64,000 nucleotides of DNA from Octopus bimaculoides (GCF_001194135.2 NC_068983.1:104322214-104386213), one strand, 5' to 3'. Shown: positions 41,701-54,480, counted from the first letter of the stretch. Made by a program: numbers and translations. Notes: generated from the letters alone by a model not told the origin.

Positions 41701-44700
41701 ATGATTCTCACACATCTTCAAGTACCAACTTCCCCTCTCCTTCCAATTAGTTGTGTCATATCGAGTTGATGCACCTCTGGGTCCAGATTACTATATAAAG
41801 TTCTACAAATAGTCTTGAAAGAAAAATTTACCATATATGATTTGATATATAAATCTTTATTGAATAGAATATAAGAAATAGAATTAGTTATTTTACAATA
41901 ACTAGTTTACAATACTATTGGGTTGGTGCATAATTATTGCGGCTTTTTTTCAACAAAAACAATAACATGGAACAAAAACATCTTTAAATGATTATTCTGG
42001 AGCATATTCACTATCTACTTCAATTTAAAGATATTGTTAAATATTGTTATTGTTTTTGTTGAATAAAATTTGTAGAAAACAAAAAAAAAAGCCGCAATAA
42101 TTATGCACCAACCTAGTAGCATAACAAAAGAGAAAGTAAACAATTGCAGTAAGAAAGCGGAGTGTAGTTTAGAGTTATTCCCCTTCAGTCTTCCTGCTAG
42201 GTGGCAGTAGTGGTGACTAATATAAATTGCACCTCAAGCCTCGTTTCGGTCTTTCTGACTAAAGATGCCGAAGCAGAAGTTTGAGAGGAAGAAGTCTTCT
42301 ATGAATGATGTTATTACTAAGGAATGTACCATTCATCTACACAAGAAAGTCTATGGCGTGAAGCTGAAGAAAAAGGCACCAAAAGCCATAAAAAAGATCA
42401 AGTTGTTCGCCGAAAAGATGATGCGAACCAGGGACGTTCGTATTGACACAAAGCTGAACAAACACATTTGGTCTAAAGGTATCCGACATGTACCTTTCCG
42501 CGTTCGTGTTAAGCTTTCTCGCCGACGTAATGAAGATGAAGATTCACCACACAAACTCTACACACTTGTCTCTCATGTTCCATGTGCTACTTTCAAAAAT
42601 CTTCAGACAATGAATGTAGATAATGAATGAAGAACTTTTTTCTCCATCCGTGTTAACGAACACGTGGCTCTCAATTCCCCCGATTGGCCTTATTAACCAA
42701 TTTGGCTTCGTTTAACAACACAAGGGAAAAAGACACACCTGTGAAAAATGACTGTTTAGACTTTAATTTTTTTTTTCTAATTATTCTAATCAGAAATTGT
42801 TCATTTTCACGCAATGCGTGTCAAGAATAAAGGAGTGTATTGGAGGTATAATTTTCTTTACTTTAATTTTGTGTTCGCTGTTCATGAAAATATCCTGTTT
42901 CTACCATCATTATTTACGTTGTCATTTATATCCATTGAACACGTAATATGTCTGATTTATTCGATATTCTTATTTGATTTCCATTTAAAAATCCTATTTC
43001 ACTTATCGGTTAACATTCTGAATTTCGTTCCGACAATATGGATGCCATTTTTATTCTGAAGCGAGGCTCGCATGGCGGTCAATAGCTTTCAATCACTTAG
43101 AGCCAAAATTGCAATACTGCCGTTACGTTCTTACCTAATTAAAAGGTTTACTGTAAAAGAATAGTGTGTCCCCATAGACACTAAACAGGGTTACGTTTAC
43201 CCTGTGGATCCATATAAAAACGGGGGGGGGGGATCGAAATTTTGAAATTGAGATTTTTGAAAAATTTTTTTTTCAGAATCGGAATCTCCATAGCCTAAAA
43301 CGTGGGATTCTGTAAAAAAAAAAAGGGGAGGAAGGGTTCAGATTTACATATAGTCCATCTGGACCGACGGTATTCCCTAACCCTAACACCCTAACGAAGA
43401 TCGTGCGGGTGTTAATCTGAAAAATTACCCACAATCCATGTCTTGTATTAAATTCTGAATTCTTTAATGTATTTTATTACTATTTATAATATACATAGCA
43501 TATTGATTGGTAATGAAGTGATACGAACGAGTTAGGTTGGCTCGTGCAATTTAATGGCGTACACGTGGTTCGTTTTCATAGTAATAAATGTAATACCTAG
43601 AGTTTTATGACTTGCGATGATGCAAATTGTAAAGCCATATCGGTTATGCAGGCGATAAAGTAGTTCATGTTCGACTGGGTTCTCAGATTAGTGACCAGTG
43701 ATTTAGCTTTATAATCTATTCCCCCGAACATTCAGTTTGATTACTCTAAAAACCATCCCAATCTTCATTTGTTTGTGCACTATATATCTTAGTCGAAAAG
43801 GTGGGGGTGCGGTCCATGCCCTTTACCTTCGGATAGCTCGCTCAGGGGGTGTTTCGGAATAATTCATCCATATTTGTTTCATTTTCTCCGTTTTGTGTGT
43901 TTGTGCATCCGTAGATTTCTACTGAAGCAACAAACCGGCAAATGAAGCCCTCAACAGAAAACCCGTTATGCTAAAAATAACAGCTACCGGTACACAGAAG
44001 TATGCTTATTAAGACAACTTATCTGTTGCATACGATTTTTTTAAAGTTCCCAGGTAAACGTTTCTAATAGGCAGAAGCATAAATAACGAATATACACGCT
44101 CAGTTAGAAGTGTAAAGTATAATTTGTAGATCTATTCTATCTCAATCACAGATTATTTTTTTAATTGATTTTGCTACATAATTTTTAATAAACATGATAT
44201 TGAATGAAATAATTCCCCGTTTGAACTTTTTTTCATTACGTGTGTGTGTGTAGAAAACTACGGATGCACAAAGTGGAGAATATAAAATATAGACAACTTG
44301 TTCCGAAACACCCTCGAATGGGGATTGGTCCTCAAAAGTAATGCCCGAAATTCCTGTCCTCGGAATTTGCAGGGAATTTCATTTAAAAATATCCAAGACC
44401 CCCCCCCCCCAAATCGTATATTCGGAATCTACACATTCGCAGAAAATTTTATTTAAAAAATATCCATTTTCTCCAAAGTTATGATCATCGAAAGTCGGAG
44501 GGGCAGAAATCTGTAGTTATGTCTTTAGATGTACCATTTTATCAGCTGTAAGACCAAAATAAAAACTCAATATTTCGTGTGTATATACTGACGTTGAAAT
44601 TATTCATAATTAACCAAACAAGAGTGGTGAAATGTAAGTCAAGTAACATTTGTGTTTTTAACACAATGTAGATACATTTTACTTAAGCGTTTTTGCGTGT

Positions 44701-45674
44701 TGGTAAAATAGAAAACGAGAAAATGTCCGTCTCATAAGGAAATTGTCTTAAGTTATAGCTCTAAAAACCCATTGCCAACGATAGTCATCCACACCTCGGA
44801 TATATTTTTGTCAGATCCCCCTAACCATTTCATTTATTAGCTGACTGTTGACAAACCACACGTCAATGCCTGCATCAAGAAAGTCAAACGATCTTGATTC
44901 TTATTTAAAATCGTTTTGGTAATAGTTTGACTATTACAATTCTGTAGAGATGAGGATAAATTTTTTAAGTTCAGGGACTTGTAAACATGCAAACTAGTGA
45001 TCCTAAACAGAATGAAAAAGCTGGCAGGGTCTGCAGAAATTGCAGGTAATAAACTGAAAGAGTGAAACTGATTTTTGTGGAAAATGACTTGATTACAAAC
45101 ATATTCTTTAACAGTTAAAGATTTTGAGAAAGTGGCCCAGAGGCAATATGAGAAATAATACAAAGTACCAGTCATTTGATTTTTAAAAAATATATTGATT
45201 TCATATGAAATGTCAAAGTACTTAGCACTTACCTATATTAAAACCGCTTAAGTCCAACAACTGCAATGTTAGAGGAAGTTCCCTTTCTAAGCAATGAAGA
45301 AGTTTATGAACAAATGTTGTAATAATGAAGTTGGGTAAGTAGTATTTCTCTTCTGCCCATGTACAAGGTACTACTGTACTAAATGATGTATAATGATCAT
45401 GAACTAAATCAAAGACACTCATTTTCTGATCTGGCCAGTTTGGTAATAAGAAGTTTAAAGCCCTATCTCGATGGCCAACAACTGCAAATCCTGTGAGAGT
45501 TCTATAGAGGTGTGATGGAAGATAATCCAAGGCTTGCAAAGTTAATGAGGCATGTTGAACAACATATTGGCAGCAAAGGTCAAGAAGAGAGTTTGATCGA
45601 ATGTTACTTGTATTGATATAAAGATCCTGGTCATATGTGTAAGTACACACTCCTTCAACATGGTGCACTAACAT
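30932..45674 (-). CDS. LRRC14: LRRC14/PRAME-family leucine-rich-repeat protein, about 483 aa; coding exons 45674-45233, 36250-36173, 33892-33720, 31690-30932
   Basis: GT-AG boundaries with consistent phases (442+78+173+759 nt). The N-terminus [12 protein letters not shown]...[13 protein letters not shown]...LQLLDLSG and the C-terminal LRRs ([56 protein letters not shown]) match the remembered LRRC14/PRAME architecture. A CAG acceptor 8 nt before the ATG implies an upstream UTR exon. Confidence 0.8.
34330..35200 (-). mobile_element. Tc1-family transposase pseudogene in LRRC14-like intron 2
   Basis: [29 protein letters not shown] and [14 protein letters not shown], plus upstream HTH-like [13 protein letters not shown]; stops and frameshifts present. 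Confidence 0.8.
38175..38720. repeat. Compound microsatellite field (GT)n/(GTAT)n/(CT)n/(TA)n
   Basis: Directly visible; explains the low-complexity ORFs in the track. Confidence 0.9.
38917..39465 (-). mobile_element. Penelope-like element 3' fragment with GIY-YIG endonuclease domain
   Basis: VMFVDATP...[16 protein letters not shown]...STVYQIK...[16 protein letters not shown]...HAVDCH...RQVTEAVCI...LNCKSEW. This is the remembered PLE GIY-YIG layout, with decayed YIG (YIS) and Cys positions. Confidence 0.8.
41227..41513. mobile_element. hAT (Charlie-like) MITE
   Basis: TIRs CAGGGGTTTTCAAACT / AGTTTGAAAACCCTTG and perfect 8-bp TSD TCTTAGAA on both sides. Confidence 0.85.
41918..42116. mobile_element. 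mariner-type (MADE1/Hsmar1-like) MITE upstream of RPL31
   Basis: About 30-bp TIRs TTGGGTTGGTGCATAATTATTGCGGCTTTTTT / AAAAAAGCCGCAATAATTATGCACCAACCTAG, flanked by TA on both sides. Confidence 0.8.
42221..42258 (+). promoter_or_regulatory. Candidate core promoter of the RPL31 copy: TATA box plus TCT/5'TOP initiator
   Basis: TATAAAT at 42221-42227 and T-C(42251)-TTTCT exactly 30 nt downstream, 14 nt before the ATG. A possible polyA signal AATAAA lies at 42826-42831. Confidence 0.55.
42265..42630 (+). CDS. RPL31: 60S ribosomal protein L31 (eL31), intact intronless diverged copy nested antisense in intron 1 of the LRRC14-like gene
   Basis: 121-aa ORF with signature segments [46 protein letters not shown] and [11 protein letters not shown]; no stops, frameshifts or introns. 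Confidence 0.92.
43846..44314. mobile_element. MITE with terminal and internal inverted repeats
   Basis: GGGTGTTTCGGAA / TTCCGAAACACCC at the ends and internal TTTGTGCATCCGTAG / CTACGGATGCACAAA. Confidence 0.55.
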
Positions 45675-48600
45675 CGTTGCTTCTGCTTAATGTACACAAG
45701 ATATCTTAGTTGGTCATTGTATCTTTAATGTATGGCTTTTGTGATTTTCTGGTAGCCTGCAAATTGAAAAGTCAAAGTAATATAAATTAATGTCTTATGG
45801 CAATAGTTGTAAAAAGAAACTAGCAAGTCTCATTTTAAAGTTGATGTGGATTTTTATTTAGTAATTCAATGATTACTTGTATGAAGTGCTCTTGCCATTT
45901 ATCGACTCTAACAATATGCAAACAACCAAATTTCTTTTCTTTTTGGCTGGTTGAGAACTTTTTTACATGCTCAGTGGAGTGAAATGTCAATGCAAATTTA
46001 GATACTGTATACTATTTAGACAAAAATGCTTACAGCAAGAAACTGAATGCTGTTAAATAGACACTATACCTATTCTAATTTTAAATATTTGGAAACGTTT
46101 TTTTTTTTTACAATGTAATATTTGAAATGATTCATTACCAACAGCTATAAAGGTGAAGACTCCCTTTGGTCATGAATGACTATGGGATTGCACCTAGAAA
46201 GTTCGGTAGAGGCCAGTAGAGATGGACTATATGTAACCTGAACCTTTCCCCACCTTATTTATTAATTTTTTTTTACGGAATCCCAATTTTGAAAAATTTA
46301 AGTTATGGGTTCTAACTTGACCCTTTAGCATCTAAATGACCAAATCCAGCCTCTCACATTTACTCTACGTTATTCTAAAAGTAAACAACCATGTCATTGA
46401 AGTCTCAAAGCTACAAGAATTCTGGATGCTAAAGGGTTAAAGCAAATACTTAATACTCTGATTTGTAGAGTAGATCTTGAGCAATTTTAGTTATCCCTTT
46501 ATATTGCTTTCCTGTTTCAAATGAGATATCAGTTTTCGAAAAGTATTAACTTAGGAGTGAAATATGTTGAAAACAAAAACATCTGTAGAATAGCTATAGA
46601 AAAATATCAGTCAGTGAAGTTGCTTAACCTGCAAGAAATTGCACTCTAATATCCCTTAATTCATACCTTGTTGCCTTAAAAAATAAATATGTTAGATAAA
46701 TTAAGTCCTAGACAGATGGTGGAGGCTGGAATGCTCAATCAGATGCATGGGAAATGAAGAGAATATTTTGCATTGAAAAAATGTCTTTCAATTAGAATAC
46801 AGTTTGTATGTGCTGCTGGAGAGATTAATTTTAGCAACACCTTTAATTAGAGAGGTAGATACAAAGTTCATGAATTCTTGTTGCAGACCTCACATTGCCA
46901 CAACTCTAGTTTCATTTTTATGAAGGAATGAAACTTTTCTAGTGTACAGTACAATGAAATGCACCAGTCCATGTTGTAAAATGGTTGACAAGATAAGGAA
47001 GGGCATCCAGCTGTAAAAGGTCATTCCAAGAAGAATCAAAGGCGACATTAGAAATGATGTCGCAGTACAACAAAGTTAGCCACATTTCATTGTTGCAGGT
47101 TCCAGATGACAATGTTTGAGATTTTGTACAGCCCATCCAAACTATGTCAGCAAGGGAAAAGACAAAATGAATGTGACAGTTTATTTGATTAACTGCTTGG
47201 TGAAAGAAAATATTTAATGAAGGGGCATTTAAACCAACCAAAATATTCTACCCATTTTATGTTCAAACCAGTCGGATCCAGCCTCTCACACTTATCCTAC
47301 TATATCATTCTGAAAAATAAACAATCACAGCCATCAAAATTTTGAATCTGAGATAATGCATGATTAATTCAAAACATTATTAATAAATGAGCATTACATT
47401 TGAGAGTCAGAGTTAAAGTATTTCTCTGGCCCAAAAATTTTACCTGTACTTAGTTCAATCTGATTGGATTCACCCTTGTAACTACCCTACAATATCACTC
47501 TCAAAATAAGCAACTACATCATCAAAACTATAAGATAATGCATGAATATGCTAAAGGGTTAAAGAAGGTAGGATGAGTACAGCATAAATGCTTACTATGA
47601 AGTCTCTTTATGTGGATTCACTTGGTTTATGATATTCAGTAATAAAAGCAACCTTATTTTACATCTATTAATTTTATTTTATTTCGCTTTGTTTTTCAGT
47701 TAGTCCATTTGTACACTGCTAATCAATCCAGACAAAGAGTGAAACAAAAAAAAAGGCAATGTGCATTTTTCAAGAGTGCAATACAGAATATAGATACATG
47801 TTAAATATATTTCTGTAATGCTGGGTTGAACTTTTACCACATTGTATTAACATTTGTAAAACTAAAATATATAATTAATGAATGAAAAATTCCTGGGACA
47901 CTTGATGATCTATATCAGTTATGGGCAAACTGCAGCCTGCAATACTTCACAAACAGCATGCAAATGAAAAAATACGTTGAATTTTTTAGTAGTGCAACCC
48001 ACCTGGTGACAAGCTCACTTGTCAAGAATGTTGGCCCATGCCTAATCTAAATGACTGGAAAGATATCTTCATTTGTTTCAAATTGCAATAAAGAGTACAA
48101 GAAATTACTGACTCTAGCATTCTCGCCATTACTTTTCTTTTTATGTCCCTTGCTTTGCAACTAAAGCAATCATGCCAAGTTTATAAATGGATTTTTATGA
48201 CTGAAAAAAAAACATCATTTAAAATCTTCCAGTACTTTCTTTTCATTTTTCACCCCACTGCTCCAACAAGGTCTCTGAAACCTTATTATTTTATTTCTTT
48301 ATGTACGCATTAGGCCCACACATCTATCAAGCTATGATTTTTGTTGTAGCTACTGCAATCTTTATTGCTATTTCTAACCCTTTAGCATTTAAACCAGCCA
48401 TATCTGGCCGAAATATTCTACCGGTTTTGTGCCAGATCCATCCTTTCATACCTACAATACAATGTTATTTTTAAAAAAAGTATTACATTTGACAGAGTAA
48501 TCTGAATGGTAAAGAGTCTTTCACTGCATTCTTTTAGAAGGTAACTTTTTCTTCAAATAGAAAAATTGTTTTAGATCTTGCATTGTGAATTACACAAGTG

Positions 48601-51447
48601 CATATCGTAATTTCTTTTATTTTTATGTATGGAGGACGAACAATACTTAGTTATTTTAAAAAGAGAAAAAGGTGTTAATGGTATTTCACACAGAAATACT
48701 GTTAACATGAATCTGATCAAATATATATTAAAGTGCTCAAACTATATAAAGATTATGCTTTGTCTCAAATACAATTAATTTGATAATTATATAAATCATT
48801 TAACCAGACCTAATGTATTGATTGGTGGACATAAATGCAAGAAAGTTTTTATTTTATATATGAAAACTGCAGAGGAATAAATGCATAATTTGGGTGAAAG
48901 CTGAGTAAAGAAGTCGGGTTGGTTTTGAGTAGACAAGATTCTTTATATTGCACTTCAAGAATTATCAAACATAGCACCATATTAATCCTGGAACTCTAAT
49001 GAGAAATGGTTGGAATAATGACTTTTTACAAAGCACATATTCTAAATTGTTAAGATTGAAATTATACAAATTTCATGATATAATCTGCATTTCAATGAGG
49101 GATCAAAACCAGCAGACAAGAGTGACTTGAATACTGTAGCAAGATAGTTTAAGTGAAAAAAGACCTAAAGAAATATAGAAAATTATGCAGGTCCTTCTTA
49201 GACAAATAATTTTAGAATACATTGGTCTAAAAAGCTTCCCAACCATGTAGTTTGGGATTGAGGTATACTGGACGGCACTTCCGGCAAGTGTCTTCCATAA
49301 CATAGGGCCGACCAATGCTTTTTAAGTGGATTTGGTAGGCGGAAAGTGAAAGAAACCGTTGTGTATATATATTATATAGTGTGCTGGTGGCACGTAGAGA
49401 ACACCTTTCGAGCGTTGGGCCTCACGGAGGCAATGACCAAGACCTTTGGCATTATGCCGCGCTTGAGAAGACCCATCAAGCCGAGCAAAATTGCAGTCGT
49501 AGCAGATAACGGTGTCACGCAAATTGGCACGTAAAAGCACCCATTACACTCTCGGAGTGGTTGACGTTAGGGGCCTCCAGCCATAGAAAACCACGCCAAA
49601 TCAGACTGGAGTCTGGTGCAGCCCGGTCAAACCGTACAAGCCATGCCAACATGGACAACGGACATTAAATGACGATGATGATTTTTCTCTCCTACAACCG
49701 GTTCGGAAAAAGTGAATGATAGAATATGTACTAGACTTAAAAGCATAAGTGTTGGAATCGATTTGGGCGAAGGTAAAGAATACGCACACCATCCGTTTTC
49801 GGCGGTTAGGGTTGGGGTTACGCCGAAAATCTACCGCGATTTGTTTGACTAAACCCTTCAATGTGGTGCCCCAGTATGGCCACTGCCCATAAAGTGAAAC
49901 AAGCAAAAGATAGTCAACAATGGAAAGTTGAGGAAAATATTCCAAGAGAAAAAATATTAAGATTGTGCTATCAATAATAAAAGAAAAACAAACTTCAGAA
50001 ATAGAAAATTTCCAATCCAAGGGAAGTAATCACAGAAAACCGGTTAAAATTTTGTCATAAAACTTCTCTTGAGATTGTTTTAAATATTTCTTCGATAAAA
50101 TCTAGACATTTAAAAAGTACTTAAATAAATCGGTAGAGACAGACTATATGTAATCTGAACCTTTCCCCCCCCCCCCACTTATTTATTAATTTTTTTTTAC
50201 GGAATCCCACGTTTTAGGCTATGGAGATTCCGATTCTGAAAAAAAATTGTTTGAAAAATTTCAATTCCTCCCCACCACCACCAAGCAGGCTATTTACATA
50301 CTAGAATTAACAGCCAAATCTCACAAAACTAGTGTTAGGGTTTGAGTTAGGGTTAGGTTTACTCTGTGGATCTATATAAAAACCGGGGGGGGAGGAATCG
50401 AAATTATGAAATTGAGATTTTTGAAAAAAAATTTCAGAATCGGAATCTCCATAGCCTAAAACGTGGGATTCCGTAAAAAAAAAAAAGATAAAATAAGGGG
50501 CGAAAGGTTCAGATTACATATTGTCCATCTGGACCAATAAATCTTTAAAACTTAAGACAGGTTCGACATATCTAGATAGGCTTCACTAAAATCAATGAAG
50601 AGTTCGTTTTCATTATTTATCGACATTATCAAAAGAAACTAAAAAAAAATGGCGTCAAAAGCAAGACAGAAACTTAAAATTTATAACTCGAAGAAAACAC
50701 GTTTTAAAAAGTTCATTTGCTGAACTATTAATTTTGATGCTTGAAACATGTTTCTTATATGCATTTTTATTAATTTAGTGAACATAAGATCGAAGCATAA
50801 CTGCTGAGATAGCAAACAATAAAACCTAAGCAATTAATACTTACCCATGCAGAGGAACCCCTCAAAACAATTAATAAGCTACGAATCATGGTTAACATTC
50901 AAATATAACGCGAATGGTAAAAATGCAAATAATAATTTTTATGATAAAAATGAAAGCGTTTTATTTAAGAAATTAACGTAATGATTGTTAAACTCAATAA
51001 TGATTTATTAAACTCAATTGCTGATATTTGTTTAAATATGAGCATTATAAGTGCTCAATTCTTACACTTTATACTGAAAATATTATACTGATTTTATCAT
51101 TGTATATAGAGATCAAGAATTAGAATGGATGCACGTGTCTTCTGTCGAAACTCTAATTCATTATTCATAACACGTACTTACAGATGATTTATTTCAATAA
51201 ACATACTGTGCGACTGATCCGAACTTCCTTCTAATGAACTGAACAACATAAACATCATACTAGCAAGAAATATTGAGTCACTCGGAGTCTTGCTAGTTTC
51301 ATTTGTTGTTATTACTATTATTATTTTAAATATATAATTCAAGAATGAAAGAATAAAATAGTACTATCACTCATTAACACTTTCTCCCACTCTAACTTAT
51401 GTCGTGCTACAACAGTGCAGAGACAGACTAATATCAATGCAACTTAC

Positions 51448-51610
51448 CGAAGTTGGTAAATGTCGATTGCTGTGCGGCTTCTGAAGATATCTGGATGATG
51501 GCTGAAGCTTTTTATTATTATTTTCACTGGCAAAGCGGCCTTTGTTGATTTTTCGGAAGACACCGATAGCCGCAATGGAAAGAAAACAGTCAACCGTTCA
51601 GAAAGTCTCC
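51448..51610 (-). other. Possible non-coding first exon of the LRRC14-like gene
   Basis: Strong donor TCG|GTAAGT at 51448/51447 in a CpG-richer region. A second donor TGG|GTAAGT lies at 50845/50844. No transcript evidence. Confidence 0.25.
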
Positions 51611-52048
51611 CTATAAACTTTTCACATAACCATTTATTTACTTGCAGCTTACATTGATTTAAATATTCTTTTGCACTTAATTATTTACTAAGATGCTTTA
51701 TTGCTATTAAAATTTTTTTTTTACCGTTGCATGTAAGACTGCTTTTAATGTGTTAGCGCACACTCAATTACACATGCACACATATATACATGCATGCACA
51801 TTTGTCTGTATCAATGCACGCTACTCTCTGTACTACAGGTGTCTTCAATTAATTGACGTCTTTCATTCAGCCTTGACTGCTTAATCATGATTTCATCAAG
51901 TCTAAAGTAATCAATTTTAGTAGCAGTCACATATAATTTATCTGTTTTATTCAAGTGATAAAGGAAATCACATTTTCGAATGTAAATGTTTAAATCTATT
52001 CGAATGAAATCATCTGCTCGTTTGGCAAAATTGTTTCTGCCAAACTCC

Positions 52049-52354
52049 TGCAGATAAGTTTAATTGGTACTACTAAAGCAGCGCGGACCCGAACGCGCAG
52101 TCGCGCTAGCTAGTCGTGAGTGGTCGATCCTAACCCTAAACACGTATTCATTTGCACACGCGGGTTAGGGTTAGGATCGACCACTCAAGACTAGCTGGCG
52201 CGACTGCNNNNNNNNNNNNNNNNNNNNNNNNNNNNNNNNNNNNNNNNNNNNNNNNNNNNNNNNNNNNNNNNNNNNNNNNNNNNNNNNNNNNNNNNNNNNN
52301 NNNNNNNNNTTCGGGTCCGCGCTGCTTTAGTAGTACCAATTAAACTTATCTGCA
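52049..52354. mobile_element. GC-rich foldback/MITE element with (TTAGGG) repeats at the inner ends of its arms; spans an N-gap
   Basis: The left arm TGCAGATAAG...GGTCGATCCTAACCCTAA is mirrored by TTAGGGTTAGGATCGACC...[N]...CTTATCTGCA, with a spacer of about 24 nt. Confidence 0.7.
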
Positions 52355-53133
52355 AGAAACAACGAAGGTTGACAGAGAACTTTAAAAAATGAAAAATGTA
52401 ACAATTATCAATTTATGTCTTATTTTATAGTTTATATTTTGTAACAAGGTAAATAAACAGTTGTTCGCCCCTTGTTTGGATTATTTAGCTTCACAGGACA
52501 CGTTTCGATGCATATAATAGTCTTTTCTTTGGTTGTGACATTGTTCATCGAGTCAATTCCAGTATATTACTGGCTCTCACTTTTCCACTTGAAGGGATTT
52601 AAAACTCAAAATTCATTCCAGCGTTTGGTTCATTGTACTAGGATTTCTACCATCTTGCTACTTTTGATATTTATAATCGTGTATAAAGAGGTGAAAAAAA
52701 AATAGCAATACTGATTTATCAACTAGGGCTGGGTATGGGTTTTAGATATACCACATGAATTTGCTCAGTTTGAGGGCGAGTGAGCCAAAGAAATGTCAAA
52801 TAGTGCTCATGCAAGGACACATATAATGAGTTCTGTTGTAATTTAGTCTTTGCTGGTATATGCCAGACAAGTATGTAATATATAAAAAAAAATTAACAGA
52901 ATTTCACACACACACACACACCCTTAATGCATATAACAGTGGTGCATCATGTGATGATAGTTATGACATGTTTCACAGCCTCTGTGAATGGACTGATGTG
53001 TTGCTGCAAATTGATATTTGGAGGCAGTTATTGCAGTGGTGAAATTTGATTGGTTAATTTCGTAAGTCTAGAAAGAGTTTTTGAGACACCGTTTGTACCC
53101 GAAATATAATAATAATAATTTCTAACTTTAACA

Positions 53134-53279
53134 CTGTGGTTCCCAACCTTTTCACTACCAGTTTTCCCACAGACCCCTTTTAATATGCTTATCCTTATGT
53201 ATATGTATATATATGAAATTTTGAATTTAGTTCACGGACTTCCAGTACTACCTTTGCGTACACAGGTTGGGAACCACTG
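53134..53279. mobile_element. hAT MITE
   Basis: TIRs CTGTGGTTCCCAACCT / AGGTTGGGAACCACTG and 8-bp TSD CTTTAACA on both sides. Confidence 0.8.
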
Positions 53280-53899
53280 CTTTAACACAAGACCACAAAT
53301 TTGTAAGAGAGTGAAGTTGATTGAGATAACCCTTATACATTATTTTATTGATCCTGCAAAACTAGACAGAAAATCAGCCCCACTGAAATTTGAACTCAAT
53401 ATCACATAGAATTTAGCATACTATTTCTATCACTCCAGCAGCCTCATTATCATAATTATAATTACCGTAATTTCTCATATTGTCCCAAGACAATATGAAG
53501 AAGGGTAAAGTCGATTGAATCAACTTAACATGTTTGTTCACAACCCCAAAAGATGGCAGGTAAAATGGTCCTTGGTAGGATTTGGATTCAAAAAGTAAGG
53601 AGAGAAATAAACTTGTATAATGAAATGCCTTTACACCATCGCTGTTATTCTCCCATTTAATGATAATGATTGTTTCTAAAACAGGCACAAGGCCAGAAAT
53701 TTGGCGAAAGGGATATAATTGATTAAACAGATCTCCATACTTTATTTTAGCATCCAGGAAGGACTTGACTGGTACTTTATTTCAGTAGCCAGGAAGAATG
53801 AAAGGCAAATTTGACCTCTGAAACGTTTGTATTCAAAATGTTAATGACCAGAATAAATATGAGAATTGATTTTGTATAATGATCTAACAATTCTACCTA

Positions 53900-54480
53900 T
53901 CCATTGTTTTAGTAATAATGTTGAAAATGGATAACAACATGTGCAATCAGTACAATAAAACAAATAAACATATCTTTTCTGGCTGCCCAATCTTTGCCTA
54001 GTTTGCATGGATACAATGGAGTCATCAGCTATATCCACTGTAAAAAGGCATAAGAAGCAGTATAAATATGTCCCAAATGCAGTACATGACAATTACCTGA
54101 TCACAATTATCTGGAATATGCTTGTTCTGGCTGACAAGGGGATTAAGGCAAAACATCCAGATTTTATTCTCAAAAACTGGAATGAAAATGTCTGTACTCC
54201 AATGATCAAAACATTTCCCAGAAGGAGGAAGAGAAATTGACAAAGTACCAGGAACTTGGAATTCAAACAAGCAAAACAATACCAATAATAATTGGAGCTT
54301 TAAACATGATTAAAATTAACAAAATCATAAAAAGTACCTCAGGGCTCACAATGTTAAATACAATCCAAAAGATTGGTTGGGTTGGAGTACCTTATAACAA
54401 CTACCTTCTACACTTTGTATTGGAACATGATACATCCAAAAGTGTCAGTAAACATCCTGGGATGTATGAGACAAAGTAAA
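53900..54480 (+). mobile_element. R4/Dong/NeSL-like LINE 3' fragment with restriction-like endonuclease domain
   Basis: Frameshifted peptides IIWNMLVLADKGIKAKHPDFIL...EKLTKYQEL...TIPIIIGALNMI...TIQK resemble the remembered RLE motif W-x-TD-x-RPD...EK..KY..L...PIIIGALG. Confidence 0.65.

Noticed and set aside
50837-50856. U1 snRNA-like start ATACTTACCC
   Set aside because: Nothing downstream resembles U1; better explained as a minus-strand GTAAGT donor.
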